A DNA stretch of 64,000 bases from Paraspadella gotoi (taxonomy: Eukaryota; Animalia; Chaetognatha), in contig CM119268.1 in the NCBI GenBank assembly GCA_051294375.1, positions 8,551,008 through 8,615,007 on the forward strand. Direction: 5' to 3'. Below the pieces are notes generated by a model. The model saw only the letters and a program-made list of their open reading frames with translations. It was not told the origin of the DNA and did no database searches. Both the position numbers and the translations under genes were made by a program. This document shows positions 11,492 through 36,801 of this stretch, piece by piece. Within the stretch, counting starts at the first letter, position 1; each line of letters begins with the position of its first letter.

Positions 11492-13910
11492 TCAGGATCC
11501 AACGGTAACAGTTTCATTAGTCGCATCCACCGCCCCATGGACTTTAGCCCAATCAGGGAAAACTTCCAAGTCAAATATTGCGCGACCCCATGTATTAACG
11601 GCGAGACCGACGGCCAAAACGCCTATCACATTCATGATCAAACCGGCTTTGCACATGTCTCTAATACGCAGCTTTCCGTAGGAAAAGGCGATCGCAGCTG
11701 GCGGAGTCGCAACCGGCAGCATAAACGCAAAAGAGGCCGAGACGGTGGTCGGCAGCAGCGTGAGGTAAGGGTTGAGGCCCAGAGACACGGCCAAGTCTGC
11801 CATGACGGGCGTGTACACCTGCGAGGCGGCCATCACCGACGCCAAGTCCGTTGTCACGGCGACGACGGTTGCTACGACGAAAGGCAAAGACCACGTGGGC
11901 ACCGATGAGAAGACGGTGAGACGTTGCCCGAGCCATTGGGAAAGTTTTGAGGCCGTCATGCCCTCGGCCAAAGCCAGCCCACCCCCCATGATAAGCAGAA
12001 TGCACCACGGCATTTTAACGTGGACCGTGTCCCAATCAAGAAGTGGAGCTACGCGACGTCTTGCGCGAACGCCAGAATTGGTTGGAGAGTCTTGGCGGGG
12101 AAAACAGCGAGAGAGAAAGACTGGAGCCTCAGAAGGAATGACGAAGAGAAGGCTGCAGATAAAAATTGCTGGAACAGCGTCGGACATGAAGCCGTTTTTG
12201 AAAAGCGTCGCGTATCCAGGGGCGAAACCTAGCGTATGTAATTACGAATACAAAATACAATACAATTCCATAAATTGTAAATTAAGCAATCTATATCTCA
12301 CTACTAAGAAAGCTAGGACACAGTCCTGGTCATATTTTATTTTTGTGAACTTTTCACCTGGATCTCTCGAAAACCACAAAAGAAACAAAATAAAAAAGAG
12401 CGTCATGACGGCGACTTCGTTGAACCGAAGCCGACCGAGCGCGCGGTATTTCCGGCGGATGAGAGCGCTGACGGCGGAGTTGTTCACATTTTCACTTCCG
12501 CTAAATCCGAGAAAGCAGATCTGAAGCCACATCCATCTAAAATAAACATTTTTAAACAGATTTACAAGATGCTCCTATAACTACAAGACCCAGCTGACAG
12601 GGGCGTTACCCAAAAAGCACGACGATGACCATGGTGGGAAAAGCAAATGCTGACCAGTTGACGAAATTCATGTTGCTGCCGGGGAATCTCTTCTCCATGT
12701 AGGCCAGCGTGACGAGATTGGGAGTGCACCCGGTCAACAACCCCGTGCCCCCGAGTTGCGCAGAGTAAGAAACGCAGAGCAGCAGCATTTTGTCCGTAGG
12801 CGAAGTGCGAACAATTTCGCCAGAATCGATACAAGAGACGTCGTCGCCGGCGGCTTGTTCCATCGACGAAGCTGCTGCCTTGCAACGAAGCGTGCAACCG
12901 TCGGCCAGCATGGCGTGGGTGCAACGCTTGGAGCGAAGGGCGGGAATGTCATCCAGGGCGAGGACGACCTCTTCGTGAGAGGATCGTCTTTTGCCGTCTT
13001 CTTTCTTTTCGTTGGAGCCTTCAATCTCGCAGGCTGAGTAAGAGAAGGAGTTTGATAGTAAATATAATGATATGAGGTATTGTAGAATTTAGAAATTAAC
13101 AATATTTTTAATAGTAACATGTTTAAAAAGTCGAAGAGTGCAAAGACCTGGATTAAGTAGTCCACCTTCAATCGCCTCGACGTCCTCGTTCTTGCGCATC
13201 TCCTCGAGGATGGCGTTGGCGATCGGCATCATCATCGCCGTCGTCGCCGTGTTGGAAAGGAACATGGAGAGAAAGGCGGTGACCAACATGAGACCCATCA
13301 TGATCGACCGAGGCTTCGAGCCCAGGAGCAATAAAACGGAAAGCGCGATTCTTTCGTGGACACTGTCAAGAATTAGTTCTGGTTGAAGAGTTGTCGGTTA
13401 AGGTTAACGACATTGGTTGCCTTACCGAGATTTTTCCACGGCGATGGCGATGATCAAACCTCCCAAAATAATGAATTGCACCTCGTTAAAGTAAGCGCCG
13501 CAAGTCCTTTTGGCATCCAAAACTCCCAAGACAGGAAAAAGGAACACGGGCAAAATTCCCGTGATCGCCAAAGGAACCAACTCCAAGATCCAAAACAACG
13601 CCATCAAAATAGCACAGTAAGCCATTCGCCCCGCGTCGGGTTTGTCATCGTCGAAAAAGTTAAAAATCGCGAGGGGCGAGCACAGGATGGGCAAGAGTAC
13701 CACGAGAATAGAGCGCCAATGAGTTATGAACAGGTGACGCAGAGATCTGCATCTATCTTTCGTAACATGTTTTTCCGTGGGAGATGCCAAGATCTTGACT
13801 GCTTCCGCATTCGCCTCGACCTCATCATCGTCGTTGCGATTTTCGATGTTTGACTCGGGAGGTGTTGGGACATGAGATTCAGAATTTCCGGGCGTTGTGA
13901 GATTCAACAT
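11492..13910 (-). CDS. SLC13/DASS-family Na+-coupled di/tricarboxylate or sulfate transporter, 5 coding exons, ~673 aa
   Basis: Exons 13426-13910, 13166-13362, 12610-13033, 12358-12536, 11492-12228 join in phase (2022 nt). Motifs HERIAL, FLSNTATTAMMMPI, GGTGLLTGCTPNLV, ILLIMGGGLALAEG, SFAFMLPVATPP, NTWGRAIFDLEVFPDWA. Paralogue not assignable. Confidence 0.93.
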
Positions 13911-14535
13911 TTTTTAGTATCGTTTTTCAGAAATTCCTTGGTCACAACCACCACACGAACCAGTAAAGTCTTCGATAAATTAAAAAAAAAAGAAACCCCG
14001 CTAACAAAAATGCCTTGGCGATTGACTCGCAGCTCGGCTAAAATGGCGATTCTTACTCGCGAGGGGAGGAAAGGCGAAGGAGGAAAAGGAAGAGGAAAAA
14101 TTCATTAGAGATCAATCGGAGGAGGAGCAGAGATGAGGATGAACTGGAAAAAAGTAGTTCTGGACATGAGGATTATTAAAATAATTTTTCCTTAATTCTT
14201 TTATTCAAGACGATAATATTTCACTTAAAAACTATTTTCATTGAGATAAACATCATAAATATTGGGTATTATTCGAAGGCCGTTCAAAATATCTGGTTGC
14301 TATGCGACAAGAAATCAATTGAAGTGGTAGTAGTTTGGTAGTAATTGTTTGGTTTATTTAAATTAATAATCATAATGGTAAATATAAATGTTGGTTGGTT
14401 GGTGTTAAGTTTTAATACTAATTTTCTAGAAAACTGTTTTAAACTAATCGTTCCTTTTTCGTCACACTTCATTTTTTATAATTGAATCGTCTCAAATGCC
14501 ATCAGTGAAAAAAGAATTGTGAAGAAGCGAAGGGA

Positions 14536-14542
<7 letters not shown>

Positions 14543-14618
<76 letters not shown>
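14543..14618. repeat. (GA)n microsatellite in the SLC13/FSIP1 divergent intergenic region
   Basis: Perfect GA run seen directly; a second run lies at ~14858-14902. Confidence 0.95.
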
Positions 14619-14619
<1 letters not shown>

Positions 14620-14761
14620 CCACCACTATCTCAATGTAATAAACGGCTAATTAAGTTGTTGACATCAGTAGTGTGACCCGGTTTGGTTTATTTAAATTAA
14701 TAATCATAATGGTAAATATAAATGTTGGTATATTTTTCGTTAACTTTTAATACTAGAAAAC

Positions 14762-14842
14762 TGACAGATGGACAGACATACCGACAGACCGAAAAGTGAT
14801 TTATAGAGTTGCTCCGCGAGTTTTCGCGGCGCAACTAAAAAA
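14762..14842 (-). mobile_element. Helentron/DINE-1-like (HINE) non-autonomous element end, copy 1
   Basis: On the minus strand: T-run, hairpin AGTTGCGCCGCG-AAAACT-CGCGGAGCAACT, then (GTCY)n-like microsatellite. This subTIR/IR plus microsatellite layout is typical of DINE-1/HINE. Near-identical copy at 52452-52543. Confidence 0.6.
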
Positions 14843-14857
14843 TGTTCTATTACATGT

Positions 14858-14906
<49 letters not shown>

Positions 14907-14988
14907 TTGGCCATCACCAAAGACTCAGTTAAAGTTCTTTTTAGATTTTTTACCTTAACGTAATAAACCGCTAACTGAAAGAAACGCG

Positions 14989-17900
14989 ATGGCCGACGAC
15001 GGCGAAATTGCTGAAGTCAGAGACGACTTTTTCGACTTTGATGGTAGTGCGTCATCTTCGTCCTCGTCGACGACGCCGCGGATGACCTCGCCCAGTCTCG
15101 ACGACATCTCGCGCCCGTCAAGTCACGAAACTCGCGGGTTTCGTCAAACAAGGTGCGCCTCCAACATTTCAGCCTCCCTCGACTTTGACGCCGTCGTCAA
15201 AAAGATTCGAGGTGAGGGACCCAGTCTCAACGGCGGTTTAGTTAAACTGCCGTCGGAATTTTATTTCGACGATTTGGAGCTGGAAGAGATTTTCGACAAC
15301 GATGACGACGACAACAACAACAACAACAACGGGGAAGAAAACGCGACGACTCGAACGACGTCGACAACGGAATCCTCCGCCTCTGGCTTTGATGAAGCGG
15401 CCAACCTGGAGCGGATCTTGTCGGAAATTCGAGAGCACGATCGCGTGGTCGAGGCGCTTCTGCGCGGAGACGCGGTCGACGAAGGGTCCGCCGCTATTAA
15501 AGACGAGAGTCAGAATGGCCGAGCGATGCAGGGAGAAGAAGGAAAGGAAAGGGCGAGGATCGAAGTGAGAAGAGAATTGGAAGAGAGGACAGGAGTGAGA
15601 AGAGTTCCCGTGGAGGCCGAAGACGAAGACGAAGACGATTTGCTCAATCACTGGCACAGGTTCGTACTTCATACATACAGTGTACTTCAAGTGAGAACGT
15701 CCTACAAATTAAACACACAAAACAAAAATTAAAACAATAATAATAATAAAAATTATAATAATAAAAATAATGTAACACGGGTAATTTGAACCGACTCTCT
15801 TTTGATTTCGTCGTCGTCGTCATCGAAGGCTGCAAAGAGTGAGAGAGGACGAACTGCGTCGTACGGAAAAACCCGACGACGCAGCGGCGTCAGACCCTGA
15901 CGCCACAGCCGCGTCCCCGTCGTCGACAACGACCGGCGCAGGGGACGGAACACGTCACTCTTTACGGCCTGAAGGTGGTTTCTTAGAGGGCGAATTCCTT
16001 GATGGTGTTTCCGTCGAACATGATGCAGAAGTAGTTGACACTCCAGAAGAAGATGAAAATCTGACGGACGAACAAAAAGTCGTTCGGAGAAGAACAGCTG
16101 GCGTGGGGTGAGAAATTGTTAATACTGAAAATATTTAAGATAAATGAGAACATAAAAATATAAGGGAGTGGTCTTTTCATACAATTTAAACATTCTTTGA
16201 AAAATTTTACCACTTCATTGATATGGAAGCCAGGTACTCTGGGAGTGAATAAACGAGACTGTGAGAGAGTCTTGATTGAAAGCTTGCAGGGACCTGCTAT
16301 GTCATTATCTTGTAAGAGTGATGGATGCCTTAAATCACCAAAGCTTGTCCGAAGTCGGGGGCAAGATAGCTTATTTATTGAATGATTGGATAATTTTTAT
16401 ATTGGTTGTACCCATTTTATTTCATATCCTTTAAACTTTACATTTCTACTCGTAAAAACGAACGTCTTCAAGCTCCTCCGCTGCTTCCTCTGACGCTAGC
16501 GATCTCTCCCACGTCGACGATCCTGAACTCCGTACCGCCATCTTGAAAGTCCGCAAGCTCGATCGGGTTTTGGCGCGAAAAATCAGAAAAGAACGCAGGG
16601 TGAAGAGGGAAAGGCTTGAGCTGGTCAAGAAACTGAGGCTAGAGTTGGAGAAAATTGAGCCGAAGGGAAAAGAGGAGAAGGAGAATAAATTACAGGTAAA
16701 CGACGAATTAATGGTTGTCATCGGAGTGATTGATGTTGTAACAAGAAATAATTTTTTACTATTTAAAAAAAACATATAAATTAACAGTTTTTAGCTCTGA
16801 CGCTGCCCGAGAGTCACAGTAGAGACATTGAGGACGATTCCTGCGGTCTTTTGTCTCCCTTCACGTTCACAAATGCTGAAGACGACGACGCCGATGTACC
16901 CAACCCAATTTTCGAGACACAAATACCAGAATTCTTTTCACCACAAAGCAGAGAAATATGCAGGTCCCTGAAATATTGGCTGAATCCCTATATCATCTAA
17001 TAATAAAAACAATTTTATCTTATTCTCATGACTCGATCTCTTAAACTTTTTAAATCGTAAAACGTGATTGTTTTTTACTACCGCCTGTATTGATTGTATT
17101 GATTGCTTATCAATAATCTTTAATTTTTTGATTGATTGATTGATGACTGACTGAATGATTGAAAGATTGATTGATCGTTTGAGTGATTGATAAATTGATT
17201 GATTTATTGATTGAATAATATTTTAATCACAGATCTCGCTTAGAGTCCCTCTCTAAAACTTCCGGTCGCCGCGCCAAACCGGGAGGCGGTATCAAGGCGG
17301 GCGAAAAAAAGGGCGGCCGAAAGGCGGCGGAGGCGGCGGTCAAGAACTTCCTCCGCCGCAACAAGGAATTGGCGGGAGAAGCCGGGGAGGTCGTCCCCTT
17401 CACCGAAGAGGAGAAAAAGCGCCTGCTGGAGTTGCTCGAGGATGTGGAGATGGAGTTGCGGTTGGAGACGATAGAGGAAGAGGATGAAGCTTCGGCGGCT
17501 CAGGTTTGTGTGTTTTTATTATTACTATATTTACTAGACATTGTATTATTTTCTCTCTTTTCGTAGCTGATGAAGACTCGAATCAACAGAGTCGAAACAT
17601 GTACTATGAAAATAAAAATCGTTGTATTGGCAAACAATAAACAATTCCTAATACTATATTTACTAGGCCTTAGCAANNNNNNNNNNAAGGGTGTAACGGT
17701 GACGAGCGGGGAAGGATTTCTTCCCTCTGTAGCCGATCGACAGACTTTGGACGATATCGAAAGATCGTTGAAGAATCTCGCGCCGTTGGGACTAGAGATC
17801 GGTCAAGATCAAGGAGAGGGCCTAAAACCTTCGTCAGAGTCTGGATGCGCCTCCACTAATATCGAGTCCAATGTGAGCCAATGACATTTTTTTAGAAGAT

Positions 17901-18667
17901 AATTTGTCCTTGTCTTGCCGACAATGAACGATATTACCCTTAAATAATACCTTCTGATTTATTTTCAGAGCAACCGCGCCCATCCAAAAGAGGCGTCTGA
18001 CGTCGTGGACGCGAAATACGGAGAGAAGGCGTTGACGGAAGCGCGAGAGGCGCGAATGACGGAGGCCAAACTCAAGGATATTGACGAGCGACTCGAGAAG
18101 ATTCGTCGCGCCGGTTTCGTCGAAGAAGAACGCGGCTGGGCGAACTGCTCTTGGCGCGACGATATCGTCGACGAAGGCGGCACTTCGCGATCTCCACGTC
18201 TTGCAGAACACGTCGTCCGTGTACTCGTCAACGAGGCAGCGGCGTCGTTGGGCGTGGTTCCTCCTCGAAACAACGGAGAGGATCGTCAAGAGGCTATCGA
18301 AATCAGCGAAGCGACTCTCGATTGGAACGGAGGCGGTGAAGATGACGAAAAAACCGCGCGAAAGACGCTGACGAATGCGGACGATGTCTCGTCAAAGGAC
18401 GAAGAGATTGAGAGAACGAGATCGGCGTCGTCGCCGTCTTCCTCCTCGTCGACGCCGAGCGAACTCGACCGGCGTCTCTTCCCCAGTCCGCGCCTTATTT
18501 CTCCTGCGCTGCTGCGTCAGCTGCTGCAGAATCCCAGAGCGACGTCTTCCTTTTCCTTTTTCCCGGAAGAGGGCGCGGCGTCCGAGACTTTGGGGGCTCC
18601 GGAGCCCGTGATTGCCTCACCCGTGCTTTGCCGGGACGTTGACTCGAGAGAAAGGGTGGAGGCGTGA
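14989..18667 (+). CDS. FSIP1: Fibrous sheath-interacting protein 1-like coiled-coil protein
   Basis: Exons 14989-15659, 15829-16107, 16473-16695, 16788-16963, 17233-17503, ~17690-17872, 17969-18667 join in phase (one intron has an N-gap). Blocks AILKVRKLDRVLARKIRKE, FLAL, FETQIP, KNFLRRNKELA, EKKRLLELL, EAKLKDIDERL match recalled FSIP1 blocks. The 3' end could instead splice 18655 to 18809-18895. Confidence 0.78.
16162..16412. repeat. ~250-bp interspersed repeat family B, copy 1 (FSIP1 intron)
   Basis: High similarity to 39917-40177 and 48788-48912; all share the same right end (...TATTGGTTGTACC). Confidence 0.88.
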
Positions 18668-18927
18668 CTGAATTTTCCGTGGCACAAATTAAGTTAATCA
18701 ATAATAATTTTTAAATGATCATTACGATGTGATTTCGTGATTTTTAAATTGTAAATCAATGGCTATGCGTTATAAATCTTAAAATAATTTGCGAAAATTT
18801 TTTTTCAGCGAATAGACACTTCCAACTTTACTTTGGCATCAGCGGTCATGAAGAAAATAAAAACTGGGTCAGTCAAACAAGTGATTAGCACGTGACTTAC
18901 TCCGACGTAACCCACAAAACCGCCGCC

Positions 18928-30597
<11,670 letters not shown>

Positions 30598-30747
30598 GGC
30601 TCAAATTGAGCCAAGCAATTAAGCATGCAAGCTTTAATTTCACCGACTGCTTTTTGTCCATCGTATTTATTCGAAATATATACGAGTAGAAAAATAAGTA
30701 ATTTGGCAATATTCATAAAACCTCGTCGCAAATATTTGTCACAGCCA

Positions 30748-32755
30748 TCAATCGCCACCGCTTTGAATTCCTATCACCATGGCGACGGCCTCCAACGTTT
30801 TCAACCTTTTAGAATTGGCCGCTGCCATGGCGTCGATCGCTCGCTTCCTTTCCGCCGCCTCCGCCGCCATCGCTTCCAGTTGAAGCCTCCAACCTTTGTT
30901 GCCTCGCTTCATGATCTTCAGTTTGCAGCGAATCTCGCGGTGGCAGTCGAGCGACATTCTCACCAGATGTCTCAAGCCGGTGAGACCGAACGAAATCGCC
31001 GTGACGTTGGAGTCTTTGGCGGCGAAATTGTGGAGCATCTGGTCGAGCAAGGCGCAGGCAGCCGGTCCGCTGACGTTGGTTGGCGTTGATGCCTTGGTCG
31101 TCGTTGCTGACGCATTGACGTCCGGACTCGTCTCTTCCGAAATTGGCGTTGGCGTCGTGACGGAAGGCAACGCCACTTCCGTTCCGTGAATCGCGAGAGT
31201 GAACGCCCTCAGGGAACTTTTGGACCTTGAGGTCTTGATCTACGTACAACGGAATTTAGGTTGAAAAATCACTGCCCAATCATATTTTATATCGAAAGGT
31301 CATTTAACCTGTAAAATCCAATTTCCCCGAGGATTTTCCCCCCAGAAATGAACTGAGAGCAATGACCACCTTTGAAATCCTTCGTTGGAACGATCTGTAG
31401 TGGACAAGAGTTTTAATAATTTTTTTTTTCACGATCCTTTCGTAGACGCTATTCAAGCAATCAATAAATTTTTCTCCCAATAAATTCCCAAGCCCAAAGC
31501 CCACAAATTGCGCCCCCCCCCAAGCTTCGCAATGACTAATGACTAATGACCATGTGGTCGTCGAAAGAGAAGAACCGACGAAGATCCTGACGGAGACTTA
31601 AGTTTGATTTCGTTGTCACCACGAATTTCCGTCGTCAATGTTATTTCCGCGATCACGTGTTCGCAGCGCGTAATTTTTCCTGCAAAATAGGATTTTCTTT
31701 CGTTTTTTTTGTATTAAAAAATAGTTTACTGGGAAGATGGGTATCTAGCTAAAGGTAGGTTCTAACTAGTCTCTCATCAGGGAAAAGAGGTAAGTAGGGT
31801 AGGGAATATATTGGTAATAGGTAAGTAACTATAACAAAGGGAACAAGGGTACATAAAAGGGAGAGAAGGGAGAGGGAAGGTTTGCAGACCCCGAGACCGA
31901 GAGGAGAAGTTGAGAGAGTGACTCCGGGGATGAAGAGAAGGGGACGACGAGGGGAGGAGGAGGCGTTGAGAGGGGGAAGAGAAGGCCCGGGGGAGAGAGA
32001 GGTTCTGGCGGTAAGGTGAGCCTCTATTTTGGTTTATTTTTTCGCCTAACCGAAATGAAAAAAAAAAGATATTGTTGAAAGTAAAATGTACCTGAATTGA
32101 CGTTTATCACGACTTCATAAGGTTCGTTTTCATCGAAAGTGTTGTTCGAGGTTAGTTTAGTTACCCATTTCTCCACATGAGATTCAGAAACGCTCTCCCA
32201 CGACAGCGCGGCAGTTACTAACGAGTCCGCATCGAGAAGGCCGAAGCCAAACCTCAACGAGATCGAAATATAAATGAATGCTGTAATAATTAATGAATTT
32301 TATTATAATTGTAAACATTAACATTCACAATGAAAAAGCTGTGAAAAACAGAAAACAGAAACATTTTTTTTTTTGGTTGCAAATATTAATTTTTTGCACA
32401 GCTTACTACCATCTGCAATGGTTGTATCCCACTTCCATAATCCATATAGTACAATTAAATCTCTCTTCAAACTTTGTTCTAAGTACAATTAATAATAAAT
32501 TATGAATTAAACGGCATTCCCAAATCCGAACCTTCTTAGTTATTTCAATAAATCCAAGTCATTTCTTACCAATTGGAAAATCGTTTCCCAGCCCCATTCG
32601 TTTGCCATTCGTCTTTGGGGTCACGAAGAGCATCAGATCTCGAGGTCTCCACAATGAGATGCTGGAGGTCGCGCCAGGTCAAGGAAGAATTGGCCTCTAA
32701 CACCAACGCGAAAATGCCTGTGTGATTGGTAAATATGCGTTTGTGTGTGAGTGAG

Positions 32756-32791
<36 letters not shown>

Positions 32792-32818
32792 TTCTTTCTT
32801 TCTTTCTTTCTTTCTTTC

Positions 32819-32875
<57 letters not shown>

Positions 32876-32876
32876 T

Positions 32877-32924
<48 letters not shown>

Positions 32925-35890
32925 CTCCCTGCCTCCCTCCCTCTATATTCTCTCTTTCTCTCGCCTGCTGCGATGGCGCAGCGGCTGAATGATCCAGTGT
33001 GGCTTCCCGCATCGACCTCGAATGTCCGGGCAGACGATAGAGTCGTCGAAAGCGAAGACTGAGGATGAGTAAGTGACGGCCATGATGGCGGAACACGGCT
33101 CTGCGTACCTGATCGATGGATACGAACTTGAATTGAAATAATACGACGAAAAATTACTTATAAATATTATGTAAATACATGTAAATAAATTATACGTAAG
33201 TATTTACTTTTTAATTCTTTAACAATCACTGTACACTTTATCCGTCCTTCACTTTGGCATTTGACATTTTCTATTTTGTATCTCTCTCTCTTTCTCTCTC
33301 TTTCTTCGTACCTCTTTCGCTCTCTCTCTCTTACAACAAACAACTAATTAGAAAGTTGGGTCAACGAATTCTGAACACCAGAGCAACAGTTCTTATCAAC
33401 AAGTCCTTCACTCCGTCCTCCAAACCAACCATGGTATCCGACCGCGCTTTGTGGCGGCAGAGATGGCGACGGTGAAGGGCGAATTGACGTAACCGTCGCA
33501 GGCGCACGTGTCAGACCGTTGCCCGCCGTTACCCGACGCCCAGACGAAGACGGAGCCACGCCCACCGCGTCCGTGATTGACGCCGTGAAGGAGGGCGCTG
33601 GAAAGGAACGCGGAAAAATGGTCGGTCAGTCGGGCGAAAAGCTGGTTGTCGTTTTATATTTTTTTGTTTTTATTTGTTTTGTAAAATTTAATAATCAAAA
33701 TCATTTTAATTAGTAGTTCACACTGTACTCACTACAGTAAGTAACAGTAAACGACACATAATCATCATCATCATCATCGTCATCATCATCATCATCATAA
33801 TCATCAATCCCTCAATTCTCGCGACTTCGTCAATCGTCACCCTTCCGCCAAAGGTCCCGGTCCTTCGACGTCGTCGCCGTAATCTCCGGGTCCCCAAGCG
33901 AGAGAGTAAATGTCCACGTAATCTCGTTTGAAAGAGAGAGAGGCCGCCTCGAGGGCGTCCGTTACGTTTGCGTCCAGCATTCTGGGGAAAGAAATGGGCT
34001 TAAAAAGATACAATAAGTTGTTGTAATTGTGAATCGATTAATGATTATGAATAAACTGAAGAAGTTCCCCAACTAAGAATCAACCCTCTTGCTACGTGGC
34101 AACCGGACACGAGCTTTGGTCTCGAGACCTTTGGACTGAACTGGCGAATGTTGTACATATAGCATACGGTAAATTTTTTCTTCTCTGTCTGCTTTTTTAA
34201 AACTTTGAATATGCACGACGTCAAAAATTCCCTTTCTTAAATCCCGAAACATTTAAAAAAAAGAAAAGAAAATGGTACTTTCATAATTTATACACATACT
34301 ACAATACAATACTACAAAATGCACGGAACTTTGTTTTCCCCCGAATTTCGTTCCTTCTCGACCCGCTCCCCCTCCCCTTCTCTCCCCCCTCCATTTCTAC
34401 GCCTGATAATCTCCATCGACGATTCCCACCTGATCCCGGCCGTGAGCGACGCCCACGCCGCAGAAGCTGTTGTTCTGCGCTGCTGCGACGATTCCGGCGC
34501 TGCGGGTGCCGTGTCTGCCGGACGAAGAAAATATTCGATAAGATGAATTATGAGAAATTACAAATAAATACAAATATTAATAGTATTAATAGCTAATTAA
34601 TAAAAAAAATGATAACAATAAAATGATAACGAAAGTTTTGATTAACGAGGTTTAATCGATTTAATCTTACATATTTAGTACTGTCATCGCGCGCGTACGA
34701 TCTCTCTTTACATTACATTTCCAGTCACTTCAAAAATATTTGACGACTGACCGACCGACAGACCGGTTGTCGTCCATGAGGTTGTATCTTGGATACGGAT
34801 CGTCGTCGTTATCGATGAAATCCCAAGATGCGTCGGCGTCAAAGTTGTGGATCAGCTCGGGGTGGTCGGATTCGAGCCCGTCGTCGACGACTGCCACCAC
34901 CACGTTGGCGCCGGTGTAGCCTGTCATAGTGGAGAGTGAATGGAAAATGTTCCCCTTTGTTTTCTCGATTCATGACGTAGAACAGCGTGGTCAACCCACA
35001 CCTCTTCTCCACACCCTCTCCACATTCATGGTGACATTTTCGATGTCGTCGTTGAGATACCACATGCGCCTCCACTTGGGGTCGTTGTACGTCGCGCCAT
35101 CTCCCGCTCCGCGTTTGTGCCTGTTTGGAGAGACAAGAAAACTACGGTAAGTTTCTCGAAAGAATATTAAATAATTTTAAGAAAAGAAAGAAAATAAAAC
35201 GTGTATGTATGATCAATTCGAATAAAATGAATCAAGTCAATCAATCAGGTCAATCAACTCAATCAAATCAAATTTAAATCAATTCAAATCAAATCAGTCA
35301 TTTGAAAAATAGTCAAACTCTCTGAACAGAACCTGACGTGGGGAATCTGCGGTAAGACTTTTTCGACGACGCATTTAGGAGACGACGACGACGACGACGA
35401 CGACGACGATTCCAACTCCTTCACTTCCTCCATCGAAATTGGTCGGAACGTTAGGCCTCCGCTCGGTTCATCGATGTTCTTTTGTTGTCGCATTTTTCGA
35501 AATCTAAAGAATCCTTCGCCAAGGGCGACCCTGGCGGCGAGGCCGTGAAACTGGGAAAATTCATCTACGCAGCTGGCTTCGCAAGAAGGCTAAATCGTAG
35601 GGATTCGAGGGGAAGCGTTTGATGGAATGGATAACTGTCTAATTGAACGTTATACTACTAAATATTAGTGTTAGGCAAAGTCGAAAACGGTTTGTGTCAA
35701 ACTCAAAGGAAGGAAGGAACATAAAAATCCCGCACAAAATAAGTTCATTGTTTCATAGGCCTACATATTAAGCAGAAAGACACCATACCTTAAATTTGAT
35801 GACCACTTCCGGAAATGTGATTTCCGACATCGCTAACCCAATCCCAAAAATTGAAAGCGACCAAAATCGAAAAAAATTCATTCGATCCAT
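30748..35890 (-). CDS. Furin/kexin-type (S8B) proprotein convertase, copy 1: signal peptide, prodomain, RHKR site, catalytic domain, P-domain, soluble C-terminal tail; apparent frameshifts in two exons
   Basis: Exon 35789-35890 [20 protein letters not shown]; RHKR|G..DPKW..MWYLN; VAVVDDG (Asp); HGTRSAG (His); WASGNGG (oxyanion Asn); HTGSS-like Ser region; LTWRDLQH; FGFGLLDA; CEHV..RGD..LKSPSG; [13 protein letters not shown]. Exons 34430-34514 and 32965-33108 are out of phase by small indels (error or decay). Confidence 0.85.
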
Positions 35891-36801
35891 TTTGAGAAGT
35901 GAATCATATTACGGTAAAAGTTTAAAATAACTTTTAGTGTAGTTTATTTAACATTTATTGAATTAACTCGTAGGGAATCATATGAACTTTTCTTGAGTAC
36001 ACGTAGCATTTACGAGAGGAAAAGGGCGGAAAATTTTGAGAAAGGGAGTTGGAAAAAAAAAGTGTGATCTTTTTAAGATTTTACTTCAAGAAATGACCTA
36101 TTTAGGATCTCTAGAGAATAAATATTTATACAAAGTCCGTCACTTCATCCGACATCTTTAGCTGAAATCGCAAAGAATATGCTTTTTTTTTCTTTTTATA
36201 CTATTTTACTATTCTTTACTATACTATTACACAGAAAAGCAGTGAAATTCATTTAATTCCATTAAACTAAGGTTACCTCTTTTTTATCTAAGTATTCATA
36301 TAACGACAAGGCTACAATAGAGATCTTTATTTTTTCATTATTTAGGGTGAAAGTTAAACGGTTACTGAAAATCAAAGCTTCGACTCCCTGTGACATTATT
36401 ATGTTTAACCAACATAGAAAGAATTTTATTTCGATGATCTACTGTTCGAAAAATTTAGTTCTCAAAAGAATAGTCGCATTCTTTTATGATTGAAATATTT
36501 TAATCAATAACTTTAATCTTGTTTTGTCTTTAGTGGTAGTTTTCATGCAATCTTTAACTTGGTATTGTCTTTAGTCTTAGCTTTTTTTGATGCTCATGTA
36601 TGTACTGAATCAAGCTTGTTGAATTCGAAATAAAACGCATATATAACGATACAAAATACAATTACAGATAACTGAAATAAATCCTGTCCGTTTCATTTTT
36701 CCATGTTAACATTTATCCGTTTCCAATGCACGTTTCTTCCCCCCCCATAATTCTTGCTCAAATTCACACTCTCGCACTGACTACTTTCTCTTTGTGATCC
36801 A

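Noticed and set aside
11772-12524. 250-aa plus-strand ORF
   Set aside because: Antisense shadow of GC-rich SLC13 exons.
17090-17220. Degenerate (TTGA)n/(ATCA)n arrays here and at ~20090-20280, 28250, 35220-35300, 60660-60730
   Set aside because: Ordinary decayed microsatellites with no regular spacer structure.
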